Below, one piece after another: positions 49,564-60,134 of a stretch of 64,000 bases of DNA. Position numbers and translations under genes: made by a program. The notes beneath the pieces were generated by a model. That model did not search any database. It was given only the letters and a program-made list of their open reading frames with translations, and was not told where the DNA came from. The DNA lies in assembly GCA_965209155.1 (NCBI GenBank), contig OZ242383.1, positions 1,888,001 to 1,952,000 of the forward strand, in the 5' to 3' direction. This stretch comes from a bacterium (GTDB lineage: Bacteria; SAR324; NAC60-12). The first letter of the stretch is position 1. Each line of letters begins with the position of its first letter.

Positions 49564-51453
49564 TTAGCTTCCTGCTTTGTTTCCGATCCTCCGTCTATAG
49601 GAAACCACTCCCACCAAGGCTACAATGGCTGGCACCAACAACATATTCAACCCCAACAACCAGTTCCCCAACGATTCAATGTCCTGTCGAAGAATTTTTC
49701 GCACCTCCCGCAATCGCTTGCGTGTCTCGATTTCTTCTGTACGAAACCTCTTGATCTCATTCTGTTGTTCTGCTGTGAGGAGACGTTTTTGGTTGGGGTC
49801 TTTGTGTTCTTCCAATTCAGCCAGTTTCTCCTGAACGGCTCTGAGGGTTTGCTGCAGGCCGATTTCTTCTTCTTGAAAACGCATCTGCGCCTGATTTTCA
49901 AGCTCCATCACTTTAGTGAAAGGACGAGCAAAACGCCCTCGAGAGCGGATACTCATTAATTCGTCATCACCAGTAAAGAATTCAACGGCATTGATGATGA
50001 AATTTAAATTGTCATTGAGCAAATTGACAACGATCTGGCCCATAAAATTCATTTTTTGTACAGAAAATGTGTCACTTGCAAAATCCACGTCGGCAATCAC
50101 TAAAATCGTTCCGGATTTCATTGCTTCCGGTAAATGCGCATGTTCAAGAGGAGGTGATTCTCCAGTCTCAACCGGAGTCCTTTCTTCCGTGTTGGACGGG
50201 GGGGGTTGTCCCTCCGGAAAAGCGGTTTTGAACTTATCACGCAGAAAAGCCGCCAAAACTCTTGGCACCTGATCAGTTTTCAGGTTTTGAGCAATCTGCG
50301 TAGGAGGCGTAAATTGGATCATCATAGTTTCCAGGACTCCACTTTGCGAGGAAGTCTGAAGCAGGGGAGTGAATTCTACCGTGCTCTCCTCGGCTTTGCT
50401 TAAAAATCCCGAATCCACGAAGAGGAGATTTTCCAGTTGGCTGGTAATAGGATGGTCCGCGTCCATGGCGGCAGGTGGAAGACTCATCCACATAGGATAA
50501 CGTACAATATTCCCACCACCGGCGTTGATGGAGGTCGCATAACGGGAATCTCCAACAAGCTTAGCGGGGTCAAACTCCACTCCCCAGTTCTTCAATAGCC
50601 TGGGGAGATCACTTTTAATGTCTGGCATTCTTCCCATCTGGGCTGATTGCGTTCTGGCTTCGTGATTGGAATTGGGGTCCAGCAGAACAATTAAATGCCC
50701 ACCTCGCATCACGTATTGATCCACGGCATATTGCGCGCGTTCATTCATATTTTTAGGATGAATCAATAATAAAACCGTTATGTCGTCCGAAATTTCTTCA
50801 ATCTCCGGGGGCAGTATCCGCAAATCGAAACTTTTTTTCAATTCCGAATACAGCGCCCATTCGTCGGCCGTCGAAGCTCTCCTATGAGTACTGCTTCCCA
50901 AAAGATTCAAAGAAGACAAAACACCGATTTCAGGAGGTTGCAGTTGATTCAGACCCATCAATGCCTGGGAAATGTCATATTCTAAAAACTTTTCACGACG
51001 GGGATCAAAATACGGAATGGCTATTTCCTGGTCCAACAGCAAGGCGACCATTCCCATGTAAAAATTTTCACCATTGGGCAATGCGAACGAGGCAAGTCCG
51101 TATTTTTGCGCCCATTCTTCTTCTTCGCTGTCGATTTCAGGATCAAACACTTCCAATTTGACGTTCCCATCCGCCAGAAATTCATACTCTCTCAGTACTT
51201 CTTCCACTCGCTGGGCATATGCCTTGAAGTTTTGTGGCAATTCGGCTCGATCTTTTGAAAAATAAAACTTGATTGTCACCGGCTCTTCAAAATCTCCCAA
51301 TATCTTTTTCGTTCCTTCAGAAATTGTGTAGAGCTTCTCGTCGGTGACATCGATCCGCAAAGGCAGGAAACTGCCAAGCGCATTGATCCCGATCAAGCAA
51401 ACCAGCAATAGAATGATACTGAGAGCGGGATACGACCACTGGGGCTTTTTCAT
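49564..51453 (-). CDS. GldG-family ABC auxiliary protein
   Basis: RIDVTDEKLYTIS, EYDIS, DQYVMRGG, IRSR. Confidence 0.88.
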   Translation of the reverse strand: MKKPQWSYPALSIILLLVCLIGINALGSFLPLRIDVTDEKLYTISEGTKKILGDFEEPVTIKFYFSKDRAELPQNFKAYAQRVEEVLREYEFLADGNVKLEVFDPEIDSEEEEWAQKYGLASFALPNGENFYMGMVALLLDQEIAIPYFDPRREKFLEYDISQALMGLNQLQPPEIGVLSSLNLLGSSTHRRASTADEWALYSELKKSFDLRILPPEIEEISDDITVLLLIHPKNMNERAQYAVDQYVMRGGHLIVLLDPNSNHEARTQSAQMGRMPDIKSDLPRLLKNWGVEFDPAKLVGDSRYATSINAGGGNIVRYPMWMSLPPAAMDADHPITSQLENLLFVDSGFLSKAEESTVEFTPLLQTSSQSGVLETMMIQFTPPTQIAQNLKTDQVPRVLAAFLRDKFKTAFPEGQPPPSNTEERTPVETGESPPLEHAHLPEAMKSGTILVIADVDFASDTFSVQKMNFMGQIVVNLLNDNLNFIINAVEFFTGDDELMSIRSRGRFARPFTKVMELENQAQMRFQEEEIGLQQTLRAVQEKLAELEEHKDPNQKRLLTAEQQNEIKRFRTEEIETRKRLREVRKILRQDIESLGNWLLGLNMLLVPAIVALVGVVSYRRRIGNKAGS

Positions 51454-51467
51454 ATCAATCTTCTGAT

Positions 51468-52208
51468 TTAAAGCGCTTTATGAGAGTCCAGGATTACGAC
51501 ATTGACCAGGAGCATAAAAGCTATCACGGAAATGAAATAAAGAAGGTCACGCAGGTCAACGACTCCACGGCGCATCGCATTAAAATGAGTGGTGAAACTG
51601 AATTGAGAAATCAAATCGGAAATCCATACGGGAAAAAAGGAATTGAGAACGTCGTTCAGTACACCCCATCCCAAAAGGACTAAAACAAGGCAGATGACCA
51701 CACTGATAATAAAACTGATCACCTGGTTTTTGGTGAGAGCGGAAGTGCAACTGGCAATCGCCAGATAAGCGCCAGCCATCAACAGACTGCCGAGATACCC
51801 TGATACGATAGGACCGTTATCCGGTTCTCCCAAATAATGAACGGTAACGATCATTGGAAAGGTAAGTAGCAAGGCGATGGCAATAAAACTCCAGGCAGCC
51901 AGAAATTTGGAAAACACGGCAGTGAACGTGGTTACGGGAAAAGTCAAAAGTAACTCCACTGTCCCTGCTCGCCGCTCTTCTGCCCAAAGGCGCATCCCAA
52001 CTGCAGGAATGAGGATTAAATACAACCATGGATGAAACAGGAAAAAGACCTCCAAACCAGCTTGGTTGCTTTGGTAAAAATTTCCCAGGAGAAACGTACA
52101 ACCGGCATTGGCGCTCAAGAAAATGATAATAAAGACATAGGCAATCGGAGAATGAAAATAAGCCTGCAATTCTCGTTTAAAAATAGGAAAAAGACCTTTC
52201 ATACGCAC
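51468..52208 (-). CDS. GldF-like ABC-2 permease
   Basis: FKRELQAYFHSPIAY, MRLWAEERRAGT. Confidence 0.9.
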   Translation of the reverse strand: MRMKGLFPIFKRELQAYFHSPIAYVFIIIFLSANAGCTFLLGNFYQSNQAGLEVFFLFHPWLYLILIPAVGMRLWAEERRAGTVELLLTFPVTTFTAVFSKFLAAWSFIAIALLLTFPMIVTVHYLGEPDNGPIVSGYLGSLLMAGAYLAIASCTSALTKNQVISFIISVVICLVLVLLGWGVLNDVLNSFFPVWISDLISQFSFTTHFNAMRRGVVDLRDLLYFISVIAFMLLVNVVILDSHKAL

Positions 52209-52212
52209 TTCA

Positions 52213-53148
52213 TCATCCTTCCAATGTCACCTTACGAAAGACTTCATCCAAACGTCCTTTTTCGGAATATAATTCTTCCACTTGAAGTTTCTGTTCTTGT
52301 ATAAATTTTTGCACTTCGCCTAAAATGGTTTCCCCTTCATGGGGAAACAATTGAAAGGACGTTTTCCCATTTTCAGTTTTCAAGATTCGGGCGGTATGGA
52401 CACCGGCCATGTTTTCCAACTGAGCGACCAGCCCTTGCGAATCTGCATGTCGAACCGTCAGTGAAATCGCATTGTGGTAAATGGAACGGGCCAGTAATTC
52501 TTCCGGAGTGCCATCGATTACAATTTTTCCTTGGGCAATGATAATTGCCCGGGTGCAAATGGCTTCCACTTCCTCCAGAATATGCGTAGAAACCAAGATC
52601 GCCCGATTTTCACTAATGCGATTGATCAAAATGCGCACTTCGTGTTTTTGATTGGGATCGAGTCCATCCGTGGGTTCATCCAGGATCAATACAGGCGGGT
52701 CATGGAGTAGTGATTGCGCCAGACATGTCCGTTGGCGATACCCCTTTGAAAGCGTATCTATGATTTGCCGTCGAACTTCTTGCAAGGCAGTTTCATCGAG
52801 CACCCGGTCCACTCGTTTTCTCAGATCTCCACCGTAGAACCCCCGTACTTCTCCTGCAAACATCAAGAACTCTTCGACTCGCATCTCATTATAGGAAGGA
52901 GCGCTTTCGGGCAAATAGCCGATTTTTTCACGAACTCGAAAAGAATTTTTCAAGATATCGTGCCCACAGACGACAGCCGTACCGGAGGTTGGCGGAATGA
53001 AACAAGTAATCATTTTCATCGTTGTGGATTTTCCGGCACCATTGGGCCCTAAAAATCCTAAAATTTCTCCCGTGTTCACGTTAAAGGAAACGTTGTCCAC
53101 AGCCCGGATTTTTCCAAACACCTTAGAGAGTTGCTCGACGCGAATCAT
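52213..53148 (-). CDS. GldA-like ABC ATPase
   Basis: GPNGAGKST, LSKG, LDEPTDGLDP. Confidence 0.92.
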   Translation of the reverse strand: MIRVEQLSKVFGKIRAVDNVSFNVNTGEILGFLGPNGAGKSTTMKMITCFIPPTSGTAVVCGHDILKNSFRVREKIGYLPESAPSYNEMRVEEFLMFAGEVRGFYGGDLRKRVDRVLDETALQEVRRQIIDTLSKGYRQRTCLAQSLLHDPPVLILDEPTDGLDPNQKHEVRILINRISENRAILVSTHILEEVEAICTRAIIIAQGKIVIDGTPEELLARSIYHNAISLTVRHADSQGLVAQLENMAGVHTARILKTENGKTSFQLFPHEGETILGEVQKFIQEQKLQVEELYSEKGRLDEVFRKVTLEG

Positions 53149-54206
53149 TCTTGCTCCTCATCCTTAACCATCAAATCTGAACGATTTTTCAGAAAACGTT
53201 TGCCATACCAGGATTGTACCCCATAGAGCCATGATTTTGCACGCGTATTGAACTCTTCAATTTTTTGCCGTAAGCCTTCGTCTTGAATATCGTCTCGCAA
53301 CTCCATTTCGATGGCGAGATAATGATGACTTTCCTCCTCTATTTCTCGCACGCCAATATTGATGCGGACAATACGACCATCAAAAAGTTCGGCAGAATAG
53401 TGAGCCAGTTTTTCTCTCCCCGTCTCCTCCACGGGTGTTTCCACAGGCACGATTTTGTCAAAACGCAAATCCCACATGGCATTGCTGAGAAATCTGATGG
53501 CGTCTTGATCCATTTTTTCCTGTTCCATCATCCCTTCACTTTTCCATTCCGCCTCTTTTTTTTCCCGAAAAAAGCGAAGTACTTCTCCCGCATGTTGCAA
53601 TTCCATCGCTTTAACCCATTCATCCCCTTGGATATCCACAATGGACTTATCGAGCCATGCGGAATCTACTACTTCCGCATCGATGTTATCCGCTACCAGA
53701 TATACGGCGGAGTCTCCAGCATAGCGCAAATACTGCCCATCTTTGAAACCCTGTCTGTCACTCCTGGATTTTCCCAGAAGAATTTCCAAGAGGAGATCAC
53801 CTTCTTTTCCTCGCAGCAAGAGAAGTTTGCCGGTTTTTTCCTTCTGCCATTGTCCATTGTTTTCAGTAACGTGCACCAAGTGAAAGCGTGTATGGTGTTT
53901 TGTCTTTTCGGTGACCTTTTCTCCCAAACTGGTATCCAGGAGCTGTAACAAGAGATCCTGGATCTTTTCTTCATCTGCCTCGTAGTCGAAGCTTCTGACT
54001 CTCCACTGATCATTCATCGATTTGAAAAGCTCTACTTTTCCTTGTTCCTCATTTTGAATGACAATTCCTACCAGTTGATTCGTATTCAATTCGGATAAGA
54101 TCTTCGTGTCTTTTACGCCGGTGGAAGGAATCCTTCCCTGAGCATACCATAATGCCACTCCTACGATGACGATGATCCCTGTCACAATCGACAACTTTTG
54201 CAGCAT
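53145..54206 (-). CDS. DUF4340-type protein
   Basis: N-terminal TM segment; position in the gld-like ABC operon. Confidence 0.7.
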   Translation of the reverse strand: MLQKLSIVTGIIVIVGVALWYAQGRIPSTGVKDTKILSELNTNQLVGIVIQNEEQGKVELFKSMNDQWRVRSFDYEADEEKIQDLLLQLLDTSLGEKVTEKTKHHTRFHLVHVTENNGQWQKEKTGKLLLLRGKEGDLLLEILLGKSRSDRQGFKDGQYLRYAGDSAVYLVADNIDAEVVDSAWLDKSIVDIQGDEWVKAMELQHAGEVLRFFREKKEAEWKSEGMMEQEKMDQDAIRFLSNAMWDLRFDKIVPVETPVEETGREKLAHYSAELFDGRIVRINIGVREIEEESHHYLAIEMELRDDIQDEGLRQKIEEFNTRAKSWLYGVQSWYGKRFLKNRSDLMVKDEEQE

Positions 54207-54264
54207 AACTTTAATCCTTAGTCAGTATTTGACAGTCTGAAAAACCTTCGTTGCCTTTTGGAAT

Positions 54265-55677
54265 TCATGCTATTTTAAGAGGAACAGGCAACTCCTCACC
54301 CGCTTCGATTAACTGGTCACGCGCATTGCGGGCTGCATTGCGCACTATTTCCGAGAGGGCCGGGTGAATGTGAATCATATAGAGCAAATCTTCCAGCTTT
54401 CCTTGCATACGGATCAAGGGAATGACCTGGTGGATCAGTACGCTGGCTTCGGGTCCAATGATGTGACACCCTAAAATGCGATGGCTTTGTTTTTCGATCA
54501 AGAGTTTAACGAATCCATAGTTTGAACGAAGAGCCATTCCCATAGCACTGCCGGAAAAAGGATGGACTCCTTTCACATAAAGAGCACCCCGTTCTCGCAA
54601 TTCATCTTCCCGTTCCCCCACTGCAGCGATTTGAGGATCGGAGAAAATGGCATGTGGCATGCCGGTGTAATCGATTGGCCCTTTTATCGCCTGGTGGATG
54701 ACAGAGGCGAATAAATACTGCCCTTCAAAATTGGCGTTGTGTCGAAAGAAATAATTCCCCACAATATCTCCAAATGCCCAAACGTTGTCCGCCGTGGTGC
54801 GCAGGTATTCATTCACCTTGATGAACCCGTTTTTTCTGACTTCCACTCCGGCCTTTTCCACGTTCAACTGGTCACTATTGGGCACGACGCCCGTGGCAAC
54901 CAGAATCTGGTCGCATTCGATTTTTTGGTTTCGGCCTTGCTGATTTTTATAAATGACTTCGCAACGACCATTCCTGTACAGTATTCGCTCGGGCAGGGTA
55001 TTGAAATATACATGGTGATGCCGCCTGAATACTTTTTCGAATTCCTCCCTTATTTCAAAATCTTCCCCCTTGAGCATCCCACTGCGAACGAACATATGAA
55101 TTTCAGTCCCCAGACTTCCGAAATAGAAAGCCAGTTCGCTCGCAATGTATCCGCCACCTATCACCACCATCCTCTCAGGAAATTTTTCGAGTCGCAGCGC
55201 TTCCGTACTGGTTAAGAATGGAACTTCTTCGAGGCCGGGAATGGATGGTATTGAAGGCCGTGCACCTGCCGCGATAAAAATTTTATCACCCGTGATTTCC
55301 TCATTTCCTACCTGCAATTGCTTTGCTCCAGTGAAGCGGGCGTGTTGCGCATACCAATCGATGTTGGGGTTGGCCTCGATCCCGGGATTGATGCTGAGGG
55401 ATTCCTTATCGATACTCTCGGAAACACGATGGACGAGGGCTGGAAAATCCACTTGATAACCCTTGGGTATCACTTGAAAGCGATGGGCTTCCTGGATGAC
55501 TTGAGCTACTTCGGCTGCGTGAATCAACATTTTCGAGGGAATGCACCCGCGATTGAGGCAGGTTCCGCCTAAAGGCCCTTTTTCCAGGAGGGCTACTTTA
55601 TAGCCCAATTTGGAAGATGGGGTGGAAATCTTCGCCCCTCCTCCGGAACCGATGACGATGATATCGTAATGTTTCAT
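54265..55677 (-). CDS. Pyridine nucleotide-disulfide oxidoreductase (dihydrolipoyl dehydrogenase/mycothione reductase-like)
   Basis: GGTCLNRGCIPSK, GGGYIA, HIHPALSE. Confidence 0.88.
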   Translation of the reverse strand: MKHYDIIVIGSGGGAKISTPSSKLGYKVALLEKGPLGGTCLNRGCIPSKMLIHAAEVAQVIQEAHRFQVIPKGYQVDFPALVHRVSESIDKESLSINPGIEANPNIDWYAQHARFTGAKQLQVGNEEITGDKIFIAAGARPSIPSIPGLEEVPFLTSTEALRLEKFPERMVVIGGGYIASELAFYFGSLGTEIHMFVRSGMLKGEDFEIREEFEKVFRRHHHVYFNTLPERILYRNGRCEVIYKNQQGRNQKIECDQILVATGVVPNSDQLNVEKAGVEVRKNGFIKVNEYLRTTADNVWAFGDIVGNYFFRHNANFEGQYLFASVIHQAIKGPIDYTGMPHAIFSDPQIAAVGEREDELRERGALYVKGVHPFSGSAMGMALRSNYGFVKLLIEKQSHRILGCHIIGPEASVLIHQVIPLIRMQGKLEDLLYMIHIHPALSEIVRNAARNARDQLIEAGEELPVPLKIA

Positions 55678-55999
55678 TGAATATCCGATTCTTTAACTGA
55701 CCCGCTTCCTGAATTTTTTTTCCACCGAAGCGACAGTCAGCCCGGCAGGAAATACTTCGATCGTCCAATCATACGAAAACTTCGCAGGAGACTTTTTTGC
55801 TCGTATGGAAAGCGACATGCTAAGGGTACTATACATGAAATTCCTGAATTTTTCTTCTGCTTCTTTGAATTCAGCATGCTAATTTGTAAAATGAAATCTG
55901 CGAATGAAAAAGAGCATCCAACCTTTTTCTCCTTGCAAAGAACGGGCAACTCTTAGAAAAACCTTGTCATTGAAGATTTATGTCGAATTTGGGTTATTC

Positions 56000-56761
56000 A
56001 TGAAAAAATTTTTATGGTCGATGATTTTTTGCTGGGGAATGGTGGCCAACGCGGAGGCCAGTCCCCTGGTTATATATGCGGCCGTCAGCGCCATCAACGT
56101 CATCCAGGACGTTGTCGAATCGTACCAGCGGCAACGTCCTGTCGAGATTCGAACGTCTTTTGCTTCCTCATCCACATTGGCCAAACAAATCGATCAAGGT
56201 GCGCCTGCTCACGTTATTTTGTCCGCAAACATCCGGTGGATGGATTTTCTGGAGCAGAAAAATCGGCTGGTTCCCCAATCTCGTTTCAACCTGTTTCGTA
56301 ATCGCCTGGTCATCATCACGCCGAATGCTCGACCACTGTCCGAGCCCGTCCGATGGAGCCGCGACTTTGACCTGGCCAGCGTTTTTCAGGGACGATTCAG
56401 CATGGGTGATCCCAACCACGTTCCAGCCGGTATTTATGCCAGGGAAGGGTTGGAATATTTCAACTGGTGGGCTGCTCTGCAACACCGTATGGTGGCTGCC
56501 CGGGACGTACGGACGGCCTTGATCTACGTGGCGCGGGGGGAAGTGGAAATGGGCATTGTTTATTCCACGGATGCCTTGATTGCGCAGAAGGGTGTGCGAA
56601 TTGCAGGTTTGTTTCCTCAAAAAAGTCATTCTCCTATCGTCTACCCGGTTGCCCTGGTTTCCGAAAATGAACATCCGGCGGGTGAGGAATTCATCGATTT
56701 TCTGAAAAGCTCCGAAGCTTCGAGGATTTATGAACGCCATGGATTCATGGTGGAACCTTGA
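56000..56761 (+). CDS. modA: Molybdate ABC substrate-binding protein
   Basis: ASSSTLAKQI..GAP, HVPAGIYA, DVR.AL..V.RGE, VYSTDA; modB/C not adjacent. Confidence 0.9.
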   Translation: MKKFLWSMIFCWGMVANAEASPLVIYAAVSAINVIQDVVESYQRQRPVEIRTSFASSSTLAKQIDQGAPAHVILSANIRWMDFLEQKNRLVPQSRFNLFRNRLVIITPNARPLSEPVRWSRDFDLASVFQGRFSMGDPNHVPAGIYAREGLEYFNWWAALQHRMVAARDVRTALIYVARGEVEMGIVYSTDALIAQKGVRIAGLFPQKSHSPIVYPVALVSENEHPAGEEFIDFLKSSEASRIYERHGFMVEP

Positions 56762-56828
56762 ACCCGAACACGCTGCGCCGGGGCAATTGCAGAGGAATCG
56801 CGCGACTCCTCTGCAAATGCGCGTGATT

Positions 56829-58277
56829 TTATTCGGACTTCAATACCAGATATCTCGAGCCCTGCGCAGTGGTCACCAAGAGAAGAACTCCTTCTTCCAG
56901 ATTGGCTTTTTCGATGGAGTCCTGAAAGGACTGTACATCCTCGATGGTTTCCTGATTGATTTCCTGAATCATGTTTCCGGCTCTCAAACCTGCCTGAAAT
57001 GCCACGGAATCGGGAAGCACTCGAGTGACAATTACACCAGAATCTTCCTGGTAGCCGAATTTCTCCGCCAGTTCGGGACTCAATTCCTGCACAGAAATGC
57101 CAAGGGAATTAACTTTTTCGATGGAGGGTGAACTGGATATTCCCGAAGGAGAACGCTCTCCCAATCGCAAATTTATTTCGATTTCCGCTCCATCGCGTAT
57201 CACTTTCAGAGCAGCCATGGTTTCCGGTGCGGCCAGACCAACTTTGTTTTGCAGGTCATTGCTGTTCGCGACTGGGAGTTGGTTGAAACTCACAATGATG
57301 TCACCCTGCATCACTCCTGCTCGCGCCGCGGGAGAATTTTCCAGAACTTTGGCGACCAGTGCGCCCTGCCGGTTTTTCACTCCGAAAGCCCGGGCCAGTT
57401 CAGGAGTCAAATCCTGAATATTTACTCCCAGCCAACCTCTCGAGACTTTGCCATCGGCCATCAAGGCTTCCATGATATGCTGTGCCATGTTGATTGGCAC
57501 GCTGAAGCCAATTCCCTGGTAACCCCCACTTCGAGAAAAAATCGCCGCATTGACGCCAATGATTTTTCCTTCAAGATTGATCAGCGGGCCACCGCTGTTG
57601 CCTGGGTTGATTGCGGCATCGGTCTGGATAAAATTTTCATAATCGATCAGTCCGACGTTGGAACGTCCTTTCGCACTGACAATTCCCATGGTTACGGTGT
57701 TGGAAAGTCTGAAGGGATTCCCAATGGCAATGACGGTTTCTCCAATACGAATCTCATCGGAATCGCCCATCGGCAAAACCGGGAGATTTTCGCCGTTGAT
57801 CTTGATCACTGCAATGTCGGATTGAGGATCGGCGCCTATTACCTCTGCCGGAAATTCACGGCCGTCGCTGAGAGTTACCGTCATTTTACTCGAATTGCTC
57901 ACCACATGATTGCTGGTGAGAATATATCCCTCTTGATTCACGATCGTGCCACTTCCCTGACCATATTGCCTGAAATTACGAGGCGGCTGAGATCCAAAAG
58001 GATTGGAACGGGATTGTGGCGCAGTATCCGGACTAAAGAATTTCTTGAATTCATCAGGCATGGAATCGAAAGGGATGCGATTTCCACCCCTTTGCATACC
58101 GGGGACGGTTTTTTCCACCTCTATGTGGACTACCGCTCTTTGAGCTTTTTCCACTATGTCTGCCCGTGTCTTGGAATGTTGAATGAGAGATTGAAGAGGA
58201 GGAGCGGTAGCGGCCAATCCTCCCAAAACGATTGCAAATCCTAAAAGTGCTGCTATCAAAAAAAATCGCATTTTCAT
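56829..58277 (-). CDS. DegP/DegQ (HtrA) serine protease with two PDZ domains
   Basis: TSNHV, QTDAAINPGNSGG. Confidence 0.93.
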   Translation of the reverse strand: MKMRFFLIAALLGFAIVLGGLAATAPPLQSLIQHSKTRADIVEKAQRAVVHIEVEKTVPGMQRGGNRIPFDSMPDEFKKFFSPDTAPQSRSNPFGSQPPRNFRQYGQGSGTIVNQEGYILTSNHVVSNSSKMTVTLSDGREFPAEVIGADPQSDIAVIKINGENLPVLPMGDSDEIRIGETVIAIGNPFRLSNTVTMGIVSAKGRSNVGLIDYENFIQTDAAINPGNSGGPLINLEGKIIGVNAAIFSRSGGYQGIGFSVPINMAQHIMEALMADGKVSRGWLGVNIQDLTPELARAFGVKNRQGALVAKVLENSPAARAGVMQGDIIVSFNQLPVANSNDLQNKVGLAAPETMAALKVIRDGAEIEINLRLGERSPSGISSSPSIEKVNSLGISVQELSPELAEKFGYQEDSGVIVTRVLPDSVAFQAGLRAGNMIQEINQETIEDVQSFQDSIEKANLEEGVLLLVTTAQGSRYLVLKSE

Positions 58278-58444
58278 ATTTTCCTCTTTTATATAAAAAA
58301 TAATATAATGATAAAAATTCAGGAACAGTTCCCGGCATGAAAAATCCTCTATTCAATACGGGTCACCAGTCATGACATGGTATGGAGCGCAGGTGCAGAC
58401 CGGAAAACAAACAAACACCAAGACGGGTGTCGGCCGTTCTCCGA

Positions 58445-58624
58445 TCAGTACATTGCAAAATCCTCGAGTGATTCATAAGCGTTCCACTCAGAACGTGTAA
58501 TAACGGCCCTGGTAACCACTTTTTGAGGAGGAAGGATTTTGATAGTTCCTCCTTTTTTCAAAAATTTTTTTGTTTCGAGGTTGATAAAATCCCGATCCGG
58601 GAACTTTTCCAATGTATCGTTTCG
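58445..58624 (-). CDS. Small hypothetical protein
   Basis: GGAGG RBS; FLKKGGTIKILP. Confidence 0.55.
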   Translation of the reverse strand, partial: RNDTLEKFPDRDFINLETKKFLKKGGTIKILPPQKVVTRAVITRSEWNAYESLEDFAMY

Positions 58625-58819
58625 CATTTGGCCTCCTTGTTTCAATGCTCCATGAATAATATGAGTGAACTCTTTTATTCTAGTAACGCAAGGAGGAGAA
58701 ATGTTCTTGGAAATTCACTCTACCCATCATTTTGAGAGCAAGGGGAAAGTTTCGAAGCAGCCCGTCGGTATCGTCATCCCCGATGTTGTTATCTTTATTA
58801 GTAAGTCATTCAGGAGTTA

Positions 58820-58908
58820 AAAAACGTGTCATTCCTGGCTTGACCAGGAATCCAGGGGGCAATGAAAAAACATGTCATTCCTGGCTTGACCAGGAATCCA
58901 GGGGGCAA
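58820..58908. repeat. Tandem pair of GTCATTCCTGGCTTGACCAGGAATCCAG palindromes
   Basis: Two copies; same unit as 39983-40010; partial copy at 41809-41830. Confidence 0.85.
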
Positions 58909-58909
58909 C

Positions 58910-59335
58910 GGACGACGTATTGAAGCGCTCGAAGCAGAAAATAAGCAACTTCGGGATCAGCTGGCTCTCAACAGCCAAAACTCAAGTAAGCCTCCTTCCA
59001 GCGATCAAAGTCGAAAGAACAAAAGCTTACGTAAAAGCAGGGGTCGCTCTCGCGGAGGTCAACCCGGTCATAAAGGCCATCATTTGGCTTTCGATGACTT
59101 CCGGGTTCCTTTTGACAACAACCAAGCCGAGCGAGATATACGCATGGTTAAATTGAAACAGAAAATCTCAGGCGGCTTCCGAACGGCTGAAGGATCACAG
59201 GCTTTTTGTACCATCCGAGGAGCTCTTTCCACTACCAGAAAACAGGGAAAATCCATCTTCGAGATGCTCACACAGGCTTTGTCTCTCCCGGATCCAGTCC
59301 GGGACAAGCTTTTACCTGCGCCTCCTTGTTACTGA
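58910..59335 (+). pseudogene. IS66 transposase with N- and C-termini fused
   Basis: [20 protein letters not shown] joined to [27 protein letters not shown]. Confidence 0.88.
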
Positions 59336-59625
59336 AACTCCCCTTTTTTAAACGATTCGCCCCCTGCGGGCCCAACGTATTCCTGGCAAACATAGCATCG
59401 TCAGTGCGATTTTGTGGGTCGTGAAAAGGGGTTGTCAGTGGAGTAGGCTCCTCCATGATTTACCTCCCTGGCAAAGCGTTTACGATCATTATCGCCATTG
59501 GAAAAAACACTGGATTGTGGAGTGAACCTTCGCTTTTTGGCTCATTCTCATAAAGAAGCGGATCTCCCTGATTGATAGATTTTTAATTTTTTTTACGAAT
59601 CCTGCATTTTTTTTAATTTGAGGGG

Positions 59626-59661
59626 TTGACATTATGCAAGTAGTAGTAGTAGTGCTATAAT
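59626..59661 (+). promoter_or_regulatory. Sigma70-type promoter: extended -10 TGcTATAAT, with TTGACA 24 bp upstream across (AGT)5
   Basis: Read directly; homologous to the minus-strand promoter at ~24505-24535. Confidence 0.6.
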
Positions 59662-59825
59662 CATACCATCACTAAGTTGTTTTGGTGAAAGAAGAGGGTT
59701 TCCGATCGATGGAACCATATCGTGGGAGGACTTGAAAACGATCGGTCCTCTCCGGGAATCTTTTTTAATGATATTTAACTGAACGGGTTTTTCAGAGACC
59801 TGAATAGTTACTTTATTAGTAAAAA

Positions 59826-60076
59826 AACCACCTTCTCAGAAGGTGGTTTTGATGGGGCCCCTGGAAGGGGCGTCTCGTGATCGTACTCGTGAGCCGTGCT
59901 CGTGAACGAAACGGCACCCCAGAGAATCCTGGATTCCCTGCCGTCTCTTCTCGGAATCCCCCTCTCAAGGGAATCGGGAACGTTTCTATCGAGCACGTGC
60001 ACGATTACGATCACGTGCACGTTTCTGGCAGAGCCGATTATCTCTGACCACGCCCAAAGGACGTGGTTTAATCAGA
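59826..60076 (+). mobile_element. Gene-less third member of the hairpin cassette family
   Basis: Same order of hairpins and GTGCTC/GAGCAC arms as 39378-39937, with no ORF between the arms. Confidence 0.7.
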
Positions 60077-60134
60077 AAAAATTAAAAATTATGAGGTTGA
60101 AATGGTTAAATTTATTAAAAATTATGAGGTTGAA

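Larger units (their letters stand above)
58801..59811 (+). mobile_element. Internally deleted IS66-family element with cargo
   Basis: Ends GTAAGTCATTCAGG / CCTGAATAGTTAC; TTTATTA duplicated at 58794-58800 and 59812-59818. Confidence 0.75.

Noticed and set aside
57249..58244. 331-aa plus-strand ORF and other long antisense ORFs (e.g. 3113-3877, 22920-23663)
   Set aside because: Shadows of well-supported genes on the opposite strand; no motifs.
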